A stretch of DNA of 64,000 nt from Veillonella sp. (GTDB taxonomy: Bacteria; Bacillota; Negativicutes; Veillonellales; Veillonellaceae), in NCBI GenBank assembly GCA_032480995.1, contig JAWETS010000010.1, positions 25,966 to 89,965 of the forward strand, given 5' to 3'. The notes below the pieces were generated by a model. That model searched no databases. It worked only from the letters and a program-made list of their open reading frames with translations, and was not told the DNA's origin. Position numbers and translations under genes: made by a program. Shown one piece after another: positions 46,125-55,069 of the stretch; position 1 is the stretch's first letter, and every line of letters starts with the position of its first letter.

Positions 46125-47063
46125 CTATTTCGTATAAGGATGAACGATGATGGTATTAGAAATATATCTAAAGCTAATCGTCGCTCCTAGCGGTAAGGTT
46201 TGATGTGGTGAACCATGTCCCGTTGGCACATAGCATACAAAAGGATCTGGTAATTCTGGTTTTCTATTTTCCTCCATGTAGCGCAATGCTTCATAACCTA
46301 AGTCATAATCACGTTCATCTTCATCTCCTTCACAATCTGTAAAGGTGCCAATCACTAAGCCTTTAATGCGGCTCAACAAACCACTGAGGCGAAATTGTTG
46401 TAACATACGATCCAGCTTATAAGGAGCCTCCCCTACATCTTCAATAAATAGTAAGGTATCCTCCCAAGATTCATCCTCTAAAAAATAAGGTGTTCCTGAC
46501 AGAACGGATAATATCGTCATATTACCACCACGCAAAATCCCTTCTCCTAGCTCGGTACCAATCGCACCTCTAGGAGGTTCTGGCAAAGGTTCTATGACTT
46601 TTAATTTACCTTCTAAAACATTAAATAATGCATCAATATCTGCCTTACGCTCTGCTTTAAAATCTACCCCCATAGGCCCATGATACGAAATAAGGCGACT
46701 GTATCGATTGATAGCCATATGGAGCGCCGTACAATCACTGTATCCAATAAAAGCCTTACGATACTTACGAATCGCTTTATAATCCAGTCGTTCTAAATAG
46801 CGCATCGTTCCATAACCACCCCGTAAAGCGAGCACCGCATCACAAGGAGCTGTAGTCATCATGTATTGAAATTCTACGGCTTGCTCCTCAGGCGTGCCTC
46901 CATATAGCCCCTTTCTCCTTGCACTTTCACCTACAAGCACCTTATAGCCTTTAGCCTTACAAATTTGTTCTATTCTATGTAAATCTTCATCGCTAGCACT
47001 AGCAGGTGCCATAATACCTATGGTCATCCCCGGTGCCAAACGTTTTGGTTCAATCCAGTCCAT
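46125..47063 (-). CDS. ldcA: LD-carboxypeptidase (peptidase S66, LdcA/MccF family)
   Basis: 312 aa. ...GMTIGIMAPASA...ALRGGYGTMRYL...FIGYSDCTALH (nucleophile Ser)...PTGHGSPH.... No signal peptide. Confidence 0.8.
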   Translation of the reverse strand: MDWIEPKRLAPGMTIGIMAPASASDEDLHRIEQICKAKGYKVLVGESARRKGLYGGTPEEQAVEFQYMMTTAPCDAVLALRGGYGTMRYLERLDYKAIRKYRKAFIGYSDCTALHMAINRYSRLISYHGPMGVDFKAERKADIDALFNVLEGKLKVIEPLPEPPRGAIGTELGEGILRGGNMTILSVLSGTPYFLEDESWEDTLLFIEDVGEAPYKLDRMLQQFRLSGLLSRIKGLVIGTFTDCEGDEDERDYDLGYEALRYMEENRKPELPDPFVCYVPTGHGSPHQTLPLGATISFRYISNTIIVHPYTK

Positions 47064-47091
47064 ATATCCTCAGAAAATACCTGTTAACTTA

Positions 47092-47155
47092 TAATATATT
47101 AATAATCCCATGCAATAAAAGACTAATATATTAATATTCCCATACAACAAAAGAC
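47092..47155. repeat. head-to-tail tandem duplication of a 32-bp unit (29/32 identical)
   Basis: 47092-47123 reads taatatattaataatcccatgcaataaaagac and 47124-47155 reads taatatattaatattcccatacaacaaaagac. The repeat lies between the terminator of the peptide-binding-protein gene and the ldcA start. Confidence 0.85.
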
Positions 47156-47175
47156 GTACACAAGGTGTACGTCTT
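47143..47175 (-). terminator. terminator after the peptide-binding protein gene
   Basis: Minus strand has AAGACGUACAC-loop-GUGUACGUCUU followed by UUGUUGUAU. The stem's downstream arm overlaps the end of repeat copy 2. Confidence 0.6.
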
Positions 47176-47184
47176 AAGTGTATC

Positions 47185-48786
47185 TTATTTGTATGCTTTT
47201 TTAAAGTCAACAAGTCCCAATGTGGTCCAGAAATAATTTTGAATTGTTCCGTTTGTCACATATGGTTGTGTTGTAAAGTACAACGGCATAACAAGAGATT
47301 CATCAAAAATCATCTTTTCTGCTTCATGCATCAACGCATCACGAGCCGCCCCATTTGGAGTTGTACGAATACGTGCAATCAACTCATTATACTCATCACT
47401 ATGATACTGACCATCGTTATCTTCAGCAGAGAATACCTCTAAAAAGTTTTGTGGATCGCTATAATCGGCAACCCAAGAAGCGCGAGCTACTTGGTACTTG
47501 CCAGCTTCACGGTCTGCCAAGAATACCTTTGTCTCTTGATTTTGTAAGCGTACATCTGCGCCAAATGCATTTATCCATGCATCTTGAATCGCTTCTGCAA
47601 TAGCTTTATGTAATTCACTTGTATTATACAAAATCGTAATTTGCGGCAATGGACGATTCTTGCCATAGCCAGCCTTTTTCAGGATTTCCTTGGCTTGCTC
47701 TACATCTTCGTATACGAGATAGCTACCAGCTTCACGGAAGTCTTCACGACCATTGCTTTCAAGCATACCATATGGTACGAACGCATAAGCTGGTTCTTTA
47801 CCGCCTCTAACAATATTATTAACAATATTAGCACGGTTGATAACCATAGAAAAGGCTTTACGCACATCTGGATCTGTGAAAGGTTCTGCTTTAACATTGA
47901 ATACGTAATAATAGTTACCAAGCATAGGTCCAATATGTAATAGGCCGGCTTCTTCTAGACGTTTTTGATCCGCTACAGGAGGTTCAACCGTCATATCAGC
48001 TTCGCCACCTTCAACTAAGGTAAGGCGTGTACTTTGAGACTCACTAATAGGCCAATTCATTTTCTCGGTCTTCACAGATTCTGCATCCCAATAGTTTGGA
48101 TTCTTAATGAAATCCATTTCCCCATTATGCTTCCAAGAAAGTAAACGATATGGACCATTAGATACTATTGTTTCCGCATTAGCCGCCCAGTTTTCGTGAG
48201 CTTCTACTGCTTTTTTACTCACTGGATAATAGCTATGAGACGCTAATAATTTCAAGAAATAAGCCGTTGGATTTTCTAAGGTAACTACCAATGTATCCTC
48301 ATCAATAGCTTTAACCCCAACATCTTCAGCTGCAGCTTTCCCCGTATTAAAAGCTTCACCATTTTCCAATACATATAACATATATGCATTATCCGCATGG
48401 ACTTCAGGGTCTAATACGCGCTTCCAAGCGTATTCAAAGTCATAAGCCGTCAAAGGCTCTCCATTGGACCATTTTAAATTAGGTCGTAAATGGAAGGTAT
48501 ACTCACGACCATCATCGGAGATGTCCCAATTTTTAGCAAGTGCTGCTTCAGGTTCACTTTCATCATTCAAACGAACTAGACCATCGAATAATTGAAGTTG
48601 AACCGTAGCCTCCGGAGAGGTAGTAGACTTTGCGGGATCCAATGTGGATGGTTCCTGCTCAATAACATAGCGGATTGTGTGTTCATCGATTGGTTGAACA
48701 CCACGAGGGTACCCAAATACGAATAAGAGTACGCTCACCCCTAGAGCGAGGACCATGAGTTTTAACAAGTTTCGTTTATCCATCAT
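47185..48786 (-). CDS. ABC transporter peptide-binding protein (family 5, OppA/DppA/MppA-like)
   Basis: 533 aa with an N-terminal anchor or signal peptide (LLKLMVLALGVSVLLFVFG). ...LDPAKSTT...LFDGLVRL...WSNGEPLTAYDF... is the family-5 SBP pattern. Confidence 0.85.
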   Translation of the reverse strand: MMDKRNLLKLMVLALGVSVLLFVFGYPRGVQPIDEHTIRYVIEQEPSTLDPAKSTTSPEATVQLQLFDGLVRLNDESEPEAALAKNWDISDDGREYTFHLRPNLKWSNGEPLTAYDFEYAWKRVLDPEVHADNAYMLYVLENGEAFNTGKAAAEDVGVKAIDEDTLVVTLENPTAYFLKLLASHSYYPVSKKAVEAHENWAANAETIVSNGPYRLLSWKHNGEMDFIKNPNYWDAESVKTEKMNWPISESQSTRLTLVEGGEADMTVEPPVADQKRLEEAGLLHIGPMLGNYYYVFNVKAEPFTDPDVRKAFSMVINRANIVNNIVRGGKEPAYAFVPYGMLESNGREDFREAGSYLVYEDVEQAKEILKKAGYGKNRPLPQITILYNTSELHKAIAEAIQDAWINAFGADVRLQNQETKVFLADREAGKYQVARASWVADYSDPQNFLEVFSAEDNDGQYHSDEYNELIARIRTTPNGAARDALMHEAEKMIFDESLVMPLYFTTQPYVTNGTIQNYFWTTLGLVDFKKAYK

Positions 48787-49601
48787 GGCAATGCTTCCTC
48801 TACAAATTCTTTCATGATGCGCCCAACTTGAGCGCCTAACTCTTTACCTCGGTCATTATCGATATCGCTCATTAAAAGGATAAAACAAAAATGACCCCTA
48901 AATGTTTCTATTACACCCCCATCATGTTCTACACGATCAAGGGATCCTGTTTTATGGTGAAAGCGTATGCCTTCTCCCCAGTAAAATGGTAAGATATCAC
49001 GGAATTGTTGGCGACCTAAGATATTCCACATTTCTCTGCCATAAGCATCTCTATCACGACATTCAAAAATGTGTTTATACAAACGAGCTAACGACATAGC
49101 TGTAATGTGATTATCACGACCTTCAGCTAGGGCGTTAAAGTCCATCATCATGCGATTAAGCTCCATCTCATCCACACCAAGCTTTTCTGCACGAGCATTG
49201 ATATTTTCCATGCCGAGCACTGTGATGAGTAGATTTGTTGCGATATTATCACTAAGAACCATCATAAGACGGCATAACTCAAGATATGTAAAACTATGTT
49301 TACCAACTAACTCTTGTAGTGCGCCGCCACCTTCAACGCGTGGAGTTCTAGATAAAGGAACTGTATCATTAATGTCCAATTGCTCCGTACGAGCTAAATG
49401 AAAGACATATTCCATGATAAGTACCTTAATTAAACTCGCACTAGAATGTACAGTATTTTCACCTCTAGCTGCGATGAGTGTTGGTTCCTCTTCATCATCG
49501 AATTGTAGCACCGCATAAGATATATTCCCTGCTGGTGCCAATTCTTTAATGACTTTATCTAGTTGATGTTCCAAGGACTTGCCAACAATTAGTTTTTCCA
49601 T
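48783..49601 (-). CDS. class A beta-lactamase-fold serine hydrolase, no signal peptide
   Basis: 272 aa. SLIK (S-x-x-K), LSDN (S-D-N), EMELN (E-x-E-L-N omega-loop pattern) and HHKTGS (K-T-G) are all present in the canonical order. The N-terminus MEKLIVGKSLEHQLDKVIKEL is hydrophilic. It overlaps the downstream SBP gene by 4 nt. Confidence 0.7.
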   Translation of the reverse strand: MEKLIVGKSLEHQLDKVIKELAPAGNISYAVLQFDDEEEPTLIAARGENTVHSSASLIKVLIMEYVFHLARTEQLDINDTVPLSRTPRVEGGGALQELVGKHSFTYLELCRLMMVLSDNIATNLLITVLGMENINARAEKLGVDEMELNRMMMDFNALAEGRDNHITAMSLARLYKHIFECRDRDAYGREMWNILGRQQFRDILPFYWGEGIRFHHKTGSLDRVEHDGGVIETFRGHFCFILLMSDIDNDRGKELGAQVGRIMKEFVEEALP

Positions 49602-49613
49602 ACTATTCTCCCA

Positions 49614-50561
49614 TTATATGTGCCAGCATGCGATGCGGCGATCTGCCCAATCTCGAAGTGGCGGACGTTCTGTAAAACAACGACCTTCCGCTTCTGGACA
49701 TCGACCACTAAACAGACACCCTTTTGGTGGGTCTAATGGATTTGGTGGATCCCCTTTAAGCGGTGCCCCAATTGGTGCATGTGGCATAACTGGACCATTT
49801 AAGGCCGTCAATGCACGGGTATACGGATGCTGAGGGAATTCATATAAGTCCAATGCAGGACCTTCTTCCATGACGGCACCTAAATACATAACAACCATGC
49901 GATGACTAATGTAGCGCACCATATTTAAATCATGAGAAATAAAGAGGTACGAAATACCATGTTGTTCTTGTAACCGTTCTAGTAATGTCATAATTTGCAC
50001 TTGGATAGATACATCTAACGCAGAAATCGGCTCATCACAGATGATACATTGAGGCTCCATAATAAGAGCCCGTGCAATGCCGATACGTTGACGTTGCCCA
50101 CCAGATAGTTCATGAGCATAACGCTCACCAAATGACATATTTAAGCCAACTTGGTCAAGCACCTCTTTTACACGAATCACGCGATCTCGAGGTGTATACT
50201 TTGGATCCAGTTCTAAAGGCTCCTCTAAAATCGCATTAACCGTAAGCCGCGGATTAAGGGATGCATAAGGATTTTGAAATACCATTTGCATCACCGGGTG
50301 AACAGACTCTCTATCCACATAAGGGTTGATATGTCGACCATTCATATAAATAGAACCAGATGTAGCTTGATATAAACCCATCAAAGTGTAACCAAATGTA
50401 GATTTACCACATCCAGATTCACCTACGATACCTAGGGTTTCCCCTGGTGATTGATATAGACTCACGCCTTGTACGGCATGTACCGTTTGTTTTGGCTTAA
50501 ATAAGCCGCCTGACAGGGTGAACTCTTTAACGAGATTGTCAGTCTCCCATACGTAACTCAT
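49614..50561 (-). CDS. oppF: oligopeptide/dipeptide ABC transporter ATP-binding protein
   Basis: Walker A GESGCGKST, signature LSGGQRQRI and a C-terminal Cys-rich oligopeptide-transporter extension. Confidence 0.9.
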   Translation of the reverse strand: MSYVWETDNLVKEFTLSGGLFKPKQTVHAVQGVSLYQSPGETLGIVGESGCGKSTFGYTLMGLYQATSGSIYMNGRHINPYVDRESVHPVMQMVFQNPYASLNPRLTVNAILEEPLELDPKYTPRDRVIRVKEVLDQVGLNMSFGERYAHELSGGQRQRIGIARALIMEPQCIICDEPISALDVSIQVQIMTLLERLQEQHGISYLFISHDLNMVRYISHRMVVMYLGAVMEEGPALDLYEFPQHPYTRALTALNGPVMPHAPIGAPLKGDPPNPLDPPKGCLFSGRCPEAEGRCFTERPPLRDWADRRIACWHI

Positions 50562-51541
50562 TAAAGTCCCTCCAACTTAGCTAACCAACATGTAAACTGG
50601 TGACCTTCACCAACATTTGTAACCATCGGAACCCGACTACCGCAGATTCGCATAGCCCATTTACAACGAGGATTAAATGCGCATCCACGAGGTAAATCAA
50701 ATAGATCAGGTGGTTGACCTTCAACAGCCTTCAATTCGCCGTGCCATTTACCTTGAGGCAATGCAAGCAACAGCCCCAAAGTATATGGATGACGAGGCTC
50801 GCTAAAGATACCATCTACTGTAGCAGACTCAACACATTTACCTGCGTACATAACCATAACCCGATCACAAATTTGAGCAATAACACGTAGGTTATGAGAG
50901 ATAAAGATAATCCCTATGCCAGCCTCTACGGCTAATGTTTGCATAAGGCGCAAAATTTGTGCCTCTGTAGTAATATCAAGAGCTGTTGTGGGCTCATCAC
51001 AAATCAAAATCTTAGGACGACCGGCCACTGCCATGGCAATACATACGCGTTGACGCATACCGCCACTCAACTCATGAGGATATTGAGATAACCGGCGTTC
51101 CGGTGTAGACAGACCCATCTTCTTCAATAAATCGATGGCAATGGCCCTTTCATCGTAATCTTCACCATACGCATTTGTACGATGAATAACCTCATACATT
51201 TGCTCTCCAATGGTCATGATAGGATTCAAGGAGGTCATAGGATCTTGGAACACCATGGCAACCGTCGTACCACGAAGTTCATTCCAATCATCTTCAGTAA
51301 ATCCTAAACAATCATGACCATCAATCATGAATGTATCCGCTTTAATTTTAGTTTTACCATATGGCAATAAGCCCATTAAAGAGTTAACTAAAACGGATTT
51401 ACCACACCCAGATTCCCCGACTATACCTAAAATCTCACCAGGGTATAAAGAAATATCTTGATTGCGAATAACTCGCAACGGACCTTGGAAGGTATTGATG
51501 GTAATAGATACATTACGTACATCAACAATAGCATTATTCAT
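50561..51541 (-). CDS. oppD: oligopeptide/dipeptide ABC transporter ATP-binding protein
   Basis: Walker A GESGCGKSV, signature LSGGMRQRV and a C-terminal extension ...RHPYTLGLL...CAFNPRC.... Confidence 0.9.
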   Translation of the reverse strand: MNNAIVDVRNVSITINTFQGPLRVIRNQDISLYPGEILGIVGESGCGKSVLVNSLMGLLPYGKTKIKADTFMIDGHDCLGFTEDDWNELRGTTVAMVFQDPMTSLNPIMTIGEQMYEVIHRTNAYGEDYDERAIAIDLLKKMGLSTPERRLSQYPHELSGGMRQRVCIAMAVAGRPKILICDEPTTALDITTEAQILRLMQTLAVEAGIGIIFISHNLRVIAQICDRVMVMYAGKCVESATVDGIFSEPRHPYTLGLLLALPQGKWHGELKAVEGQPPDLFDLPRGCAFNPRCKWAMRICGSRVPMVTNVGEGHQFTCWLAKLEGL

Positions 51542-52440
51542 TATCTATCTCCTTCCTTAGGGTCTAATACATTGCGTAAACCGTCGCCAAAAAATGCGAA
51601 ACCAAGCATGGTAATACTAATAGCAACAGCTGGGAAAATCAATTGGAACGGATAAGAGCGCATGCTACTAATACCTTCAGAAGCTAGTACGCCCCAGCTC
51701 GCCATAGGTGCATTTACACCTAAACCGATAAAACTAAGAAATGCTTCTGTAAAAATAGCCTCAGGAATGGCCAATGTTAAAGTAATAATGATCGGCCCTA
51801 CACAGTTTGGTAAAATATGACGCAATAAAATTCGATGCTTAGGAATACCCATAGCTTCTGCTGCAATGATGTATTCTTCGTTTTTAACTTTCAAAATTTG
51901 GCTGCGTACGATACGGGCCATATTAAGCCAATACGCAATCCCCAACGCTACAAAAATAGAGATTAGCCCAGGCCCAAGTACAACCATCAATAAGATTACG
52001 TATAGTAAAAGTGGAATACCGTACAAAACATCTACGATCCCCATCATGATACGGTCTACCTTGCCACCTATATAACCCGCAATACCGCCATAAGCAACGC
52101 CAATCACAAGATTAATAAAAGCTGCTACAAAACCAATGGTTAAGGAAATACGAGCGCCGTACATAACACGCGTATAGATATCACGGCCCAATGTATCCGT
52201 ACCAAACCAATGGCTAAAGCTTGGACTTTGGTTCGCATCAATTAAGGATTGGTCCGCATAGGTATAAGGTGAAATAAGTGGACCTAGAATAGCAAGTACC
52301 ATCATCACAATAATGATGGTTGCACCAACTACAGCTAAACGATTTACCTTAAATCGTTCCCATTTACTAGGACGTTTTATAAAGCTAGTAATCTCTTCTT
52401 GAGGGGCTCGTTCAATAGGTAAAAAGTCTTCCTTATTCAT
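51541..52440 (-). CDS. oppC: oligopeptide ABC transporter permease
   Basis: 299 aa. N-terminal OppC-type extension, ...GTDTLGRDI... and an EAA-like loop ...EEYIIAAEAMGIPKHRILLRHILPN.... Confidence 0.9.
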   Translation of the reverse strand: MNKEDFLPIERAPQEEITSFIKRPSKWERFKVNRLAVVGATIIIVMMVLAILGPLISPYTYADQSLIDANQSPSFSHWFGTDTLGRDIYTRVMYGARISLTIGFVAAFINLVIGVAYGGIAGYIGGKVDRIMMGIVDVLYGIPLLLYVILLMVVLGPGLISIFVALGIAYWLNMARIVRSQILKVKNEEYIIAAEAMGIPKHRILLRHILPNCVGPIIITLTLAIPEAIFTEAFLSFIGLGVNAPMASWGVLASEGISSMRSYPFQLIFPAVAISITMLGFAFFGDGLRNVLDPKEGDR

Positions 52441-53371
52441 CTGTCCCCTCCTCCGTTGTAACTCGTGGATCGATTAATGGATAAATCATGTCCACCAAAA
52501 TATTAAGAAATACTACAAGTGCACTATAGAAAATCGTAATACCAAGAATAACCGTATAGTCTCGGTTATAAATAGATGTTACAAAATACTGACCTAAACC
52601 AGGAATCGCAAAAATTGTTTCTACGATAAAGCTGCCTGTTAACAAACTAGCTGCCAATGGACCTAAGTACGTAATAACTGGCAAAATTGCATTGCCAAGG
52701 GCATGACGTGTCAAAATGGTCCAAGAACCTAGACCTTTTGCGCGAGCTGTACGAATGTATTCTTGTTGATAAACGTCAAGTAAACCACTGCGCGTTAAGC
52801 GAGCAATAAATGCCATCGGTTGCGCTGCTAATGTCAACACAGGTAACACCATGTAAGAGGGGCCACGCCATAAGGCTACCGGGAACCATCCCAATTCAAA
52901 GCCTACTATGTACACAAGAACAGCACCGATAATAAATGTTGGTACCGAAATCCCTATTGTAGATAATACAGTTACCGCATAATCTACAATGCTATTAGGT
53001 CTCATGGCACTAATCGCACCAGCTGTAATACCACCAACTATAGCTACCACTAAAGATAATAAGCCAAGCTGTGCGGAAATTGGGAATGCATCACCAATTA
53101 TATCGTTTACACTACGGCCTTCATATTTAAATGATGGGCCCAAGTCACCTGTAATGACGCCACCTAAATAATCTCCATACTGTTTCCATACAGGATCATC
53201 GAGATGATATTTAGCCTCGATACTTGCTTTCACCTGAGGCGGTAATTTCTTTTCTGTTGTAAAAGGCCCACCAGGTATCGCATGCATTAATGCAAATGTT
53301 ACGGTAATGATGACCCATAAGATTATGATTGCGCCACCTAGGCGTCGAAATACATACCTCGTCATTGTCAC
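52433..53371 (-). CDS. oppB: oligopeptide ABC transporter permease
   Basis: 312 aa. ...RYVFRRLGGAIIILWVIITVTFALMH.IPGGP... and an EAA loop ...QEYIRTARAKGLGSWTILTRHALGN.... Confidence 0.9.
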   Translation of the reverse strand: MTMTRYVFRRLGGAIIILWVIITVTFALMHAIPGGPFTTEKKLPPQVKASIEAKYHLDDPVWKQYGDYLGGVITGDLGPSFKYEGRSVNDIIGDAFPISAQLGLLSLVVAIVGGITAGAISAMRPNSIVDYAVTVLSTIGISVPTFIIGAVLVYIVGFELGWFPVALWRGPSYMVLPVLTLAAQPMAFIARLTRSGLLDVYQQEYIRTARAKGLGSWTILTRHALGNAILPVITYLGPLAASLLTGSFIVETIFAIPGLGQYFVTSIYNRDYTVILGITIFYSALVVFLNILVDMIYPLIDPRVTTEEGTDE

Positions 53372-53500
53372 TTTCCTCCATAAAAAGTTTATTCGTTTTA
53401 TTATACTACATTATGAAGTTAATTTCATGATTAACATCATTACATTTACAGAAAGCTTTACATAACGTACAATAAAATATATATTTATTTGGAGGTATCT

Positions 53501-54334
53501 ATGACAACAGTACCTAGAGTTTTAACAATTCAAGACATGAGCTCCATCGGACGTTGTGCCCTTACCGTTATGATTCCTATCATCAGTGCTATGCGCTGCC
53601 AGGCGGTTCCTTTAGCAACAGCGGTACTAAGCAATCACTTAGAGTATCCACACTATGAATTCGTAGATTTATCTGCTCATATGAGAGACTTTATGAACTG
53701 TTGGGATAAAAACGAAATTGACTTTCACGCTATCGTAAGTGGTTTCTTGGCATCGCCAGAACAAATTCACCTCGTCGAAGAAGCTATCAATCGATTTGCC
53801 TCTAATGACCAGATGGTTATCGTCGATCCTGCAATGGCCGACGATGGTCGCCTCTATTCCATTTATACTCCTGATATGGTTGTAGCTATGCGCCAACTTG
53901 TATCTAAGGCTCACATCGTTAAACCAAACTATACTGAGGCTTGCTTCTTATTAGATATTCCATTCTCGACAGACCCTATTAGTGAGGATGAATTGCGCAA
54001 ACGGTGCAAACAATTACATCACATGGGGCCTGAAATGGTTATCATGACCAGTGTTCCATCGGAAACGCATGCGGTCATTGCCGTCTATAATGGTCCTACA
54101 GACCTTTTAAAAACATACTCTATTCCTCTAGTACCTGTAAAAGCTACAGGCACAGGAGATATTTTTACTGCTGTATTATCAGGTGCAGTAATGAGAGGAT
54201 ATTCACCTTATGATGCGGCAGAACTGGCAATGAATTTTACTACCAAAGCGATTCAAGCTACGTTAGATACAGTAAAGTCAATGAAACATGGTGTTGCATT
54301 TGAGCTCATCTTGCCAGAATTAACTCAACTATAA
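53501..54334 (+). CDS. pdxK: pyridoxal/pyridoxamine kinase
   Basis: ...VLTIQDMSSIGRCALTVMIPIISAM..QAVPL.TAVLSNH...VDPAMADDGRLY...GTGDIFTAVL... is the ribokinase-fold PdxK/PdxY pattern. Start at the ATG at 53501, with GGAGG at 53491-53495; the track start is a TTG. Confidence 0.8.
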   Translation: MTTVPRVLTIQDMSSIGRCALTVMIPIISAMRCQAVPLATAVLSNHLEYPHYEFVDLSAHMRDFMNCWDKNEIDFHAIVSGFLASPEQIHLVEEAINRFASNDQMVIVDPAMADDGRLYSIYTPDMVVAMRQLVSKAHIVKPNYTEACFLLDIPFSTDPISEDELRKRCKQLHHMGPEMVIMTSVPSETHAVIAVYNGPTDLLKTYSIPLVPVKATGTGDIFTAVLSGAVMRGYSPYDAAELAMNFTTKAIQATLDTVKSMKHGVAFELILPELTQL

Positions 54335-54355
54335 GCTAAAAATAAAGGGGAACTT

Positions 54356-54940
54356 ATGGATTTACTTTATGTTGTATTACGAACATTGCTCATATGTACC
54401 ATTGGTTTGCTCATTGCATTCCAAGGACGTCGCATGGGTTTATCGATTTTTAACTTAACGGGACGGTTAAATCGACTACAATTTATCATATGCTTCATCG
54501 CTTTAATGATTTTATTTCATATTGTCCACTACATCGATAACATATTCTTAGATTTTGTTGTATCACTACCAGCATATTGGTTGACTAGGGTCATTATTTG
54601 GCTCTTATTGGCAACCCTCTTTCCTTTATCTTGTGTCTTATTTGGCCGTCGTATTCACGATATCGGCTTCAATGCATGGGCAGGAATTCTTTGGTCGGTA
54701 ATTATGATCTTCATTAATACTTACTCAGCTGTCTCTCCATTCAATTACATGCTAGAGCTTTTTATATGGCTCATCGGCTTCCTATTCTGGGTATTACCAG
54801 GACAACCTGAGCCTAACCAATACGGTAATCCTCCATTTATGCCTGTAAATCAGCCAACATATGAATCCGTACAAACTCCTGTATCAAGCAAAAAACAAGA
54901 AAACCGCAAGCCAGCTCGAAAACGTCGTAAAAAACGATAA
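54356..54940 (+). CDS. DUF805-family inner membrane protein
   Basis: 194 aa. ...LTGRLNRLQF... motif, four TM helices, ...GRRIHDIG... and a basic C-terminal tail. Confidence 0.7.
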   Translation: MDLLYVVLRTLLICTIGLLIAFQGRRMGLSIFNLTGRLNRLQFIICFIALMILFHIVHYIDNIFLDFVVSLPAYWLTRVIIWLLLATLFPLSCVLFGRRIHDIGFNAWAGILWSVIMIFINTYSAVSPFNYMLELFIWLIGFLFWVLPGQPEPNQYGNPPFMPVNQPTYESVQTPVSSKKQENRKPARKRRKKR

Positions 54941-54962
54941 CCAAAATTAATAACTTGTAATC

Positions 54963-55047
54963 AAAAAAAACGTATCTCTCATTGATATGTACCCATTTTA
55001 TTGGATATCCAGTAAAGGTGGGACATATCACATAGAGATACGTTTTT
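54963..55047. terminator. unusually long imperfect hairpin flanked by an A-run and a T-run (bidirectional terminator or structured RNA)
   Basis: aaaaacgtatctct-cat-tgatatgt-a-ccca (54966-54995) pairs with tggg-acatatca-cat-agagatacgttttt (55019-55046). That is 14 + 8 + 4 bp, interrupted by a 3x3 internal loop and a bulge. The apical region holds the palindrome TGGATATCCA. Confidence 0.6.
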
Positions 55048-55069
55048 ATATTTTATATTTCTTACAACA

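Noticed and set aside
54837-55031. 64-aa minus-strand ORF spanning the end of the DUF805 gene and the long hairpin
   Set aside because: It overlaps a better-supported plus-strand gene and runs through a terminator-like hairpin. It has no RBS.
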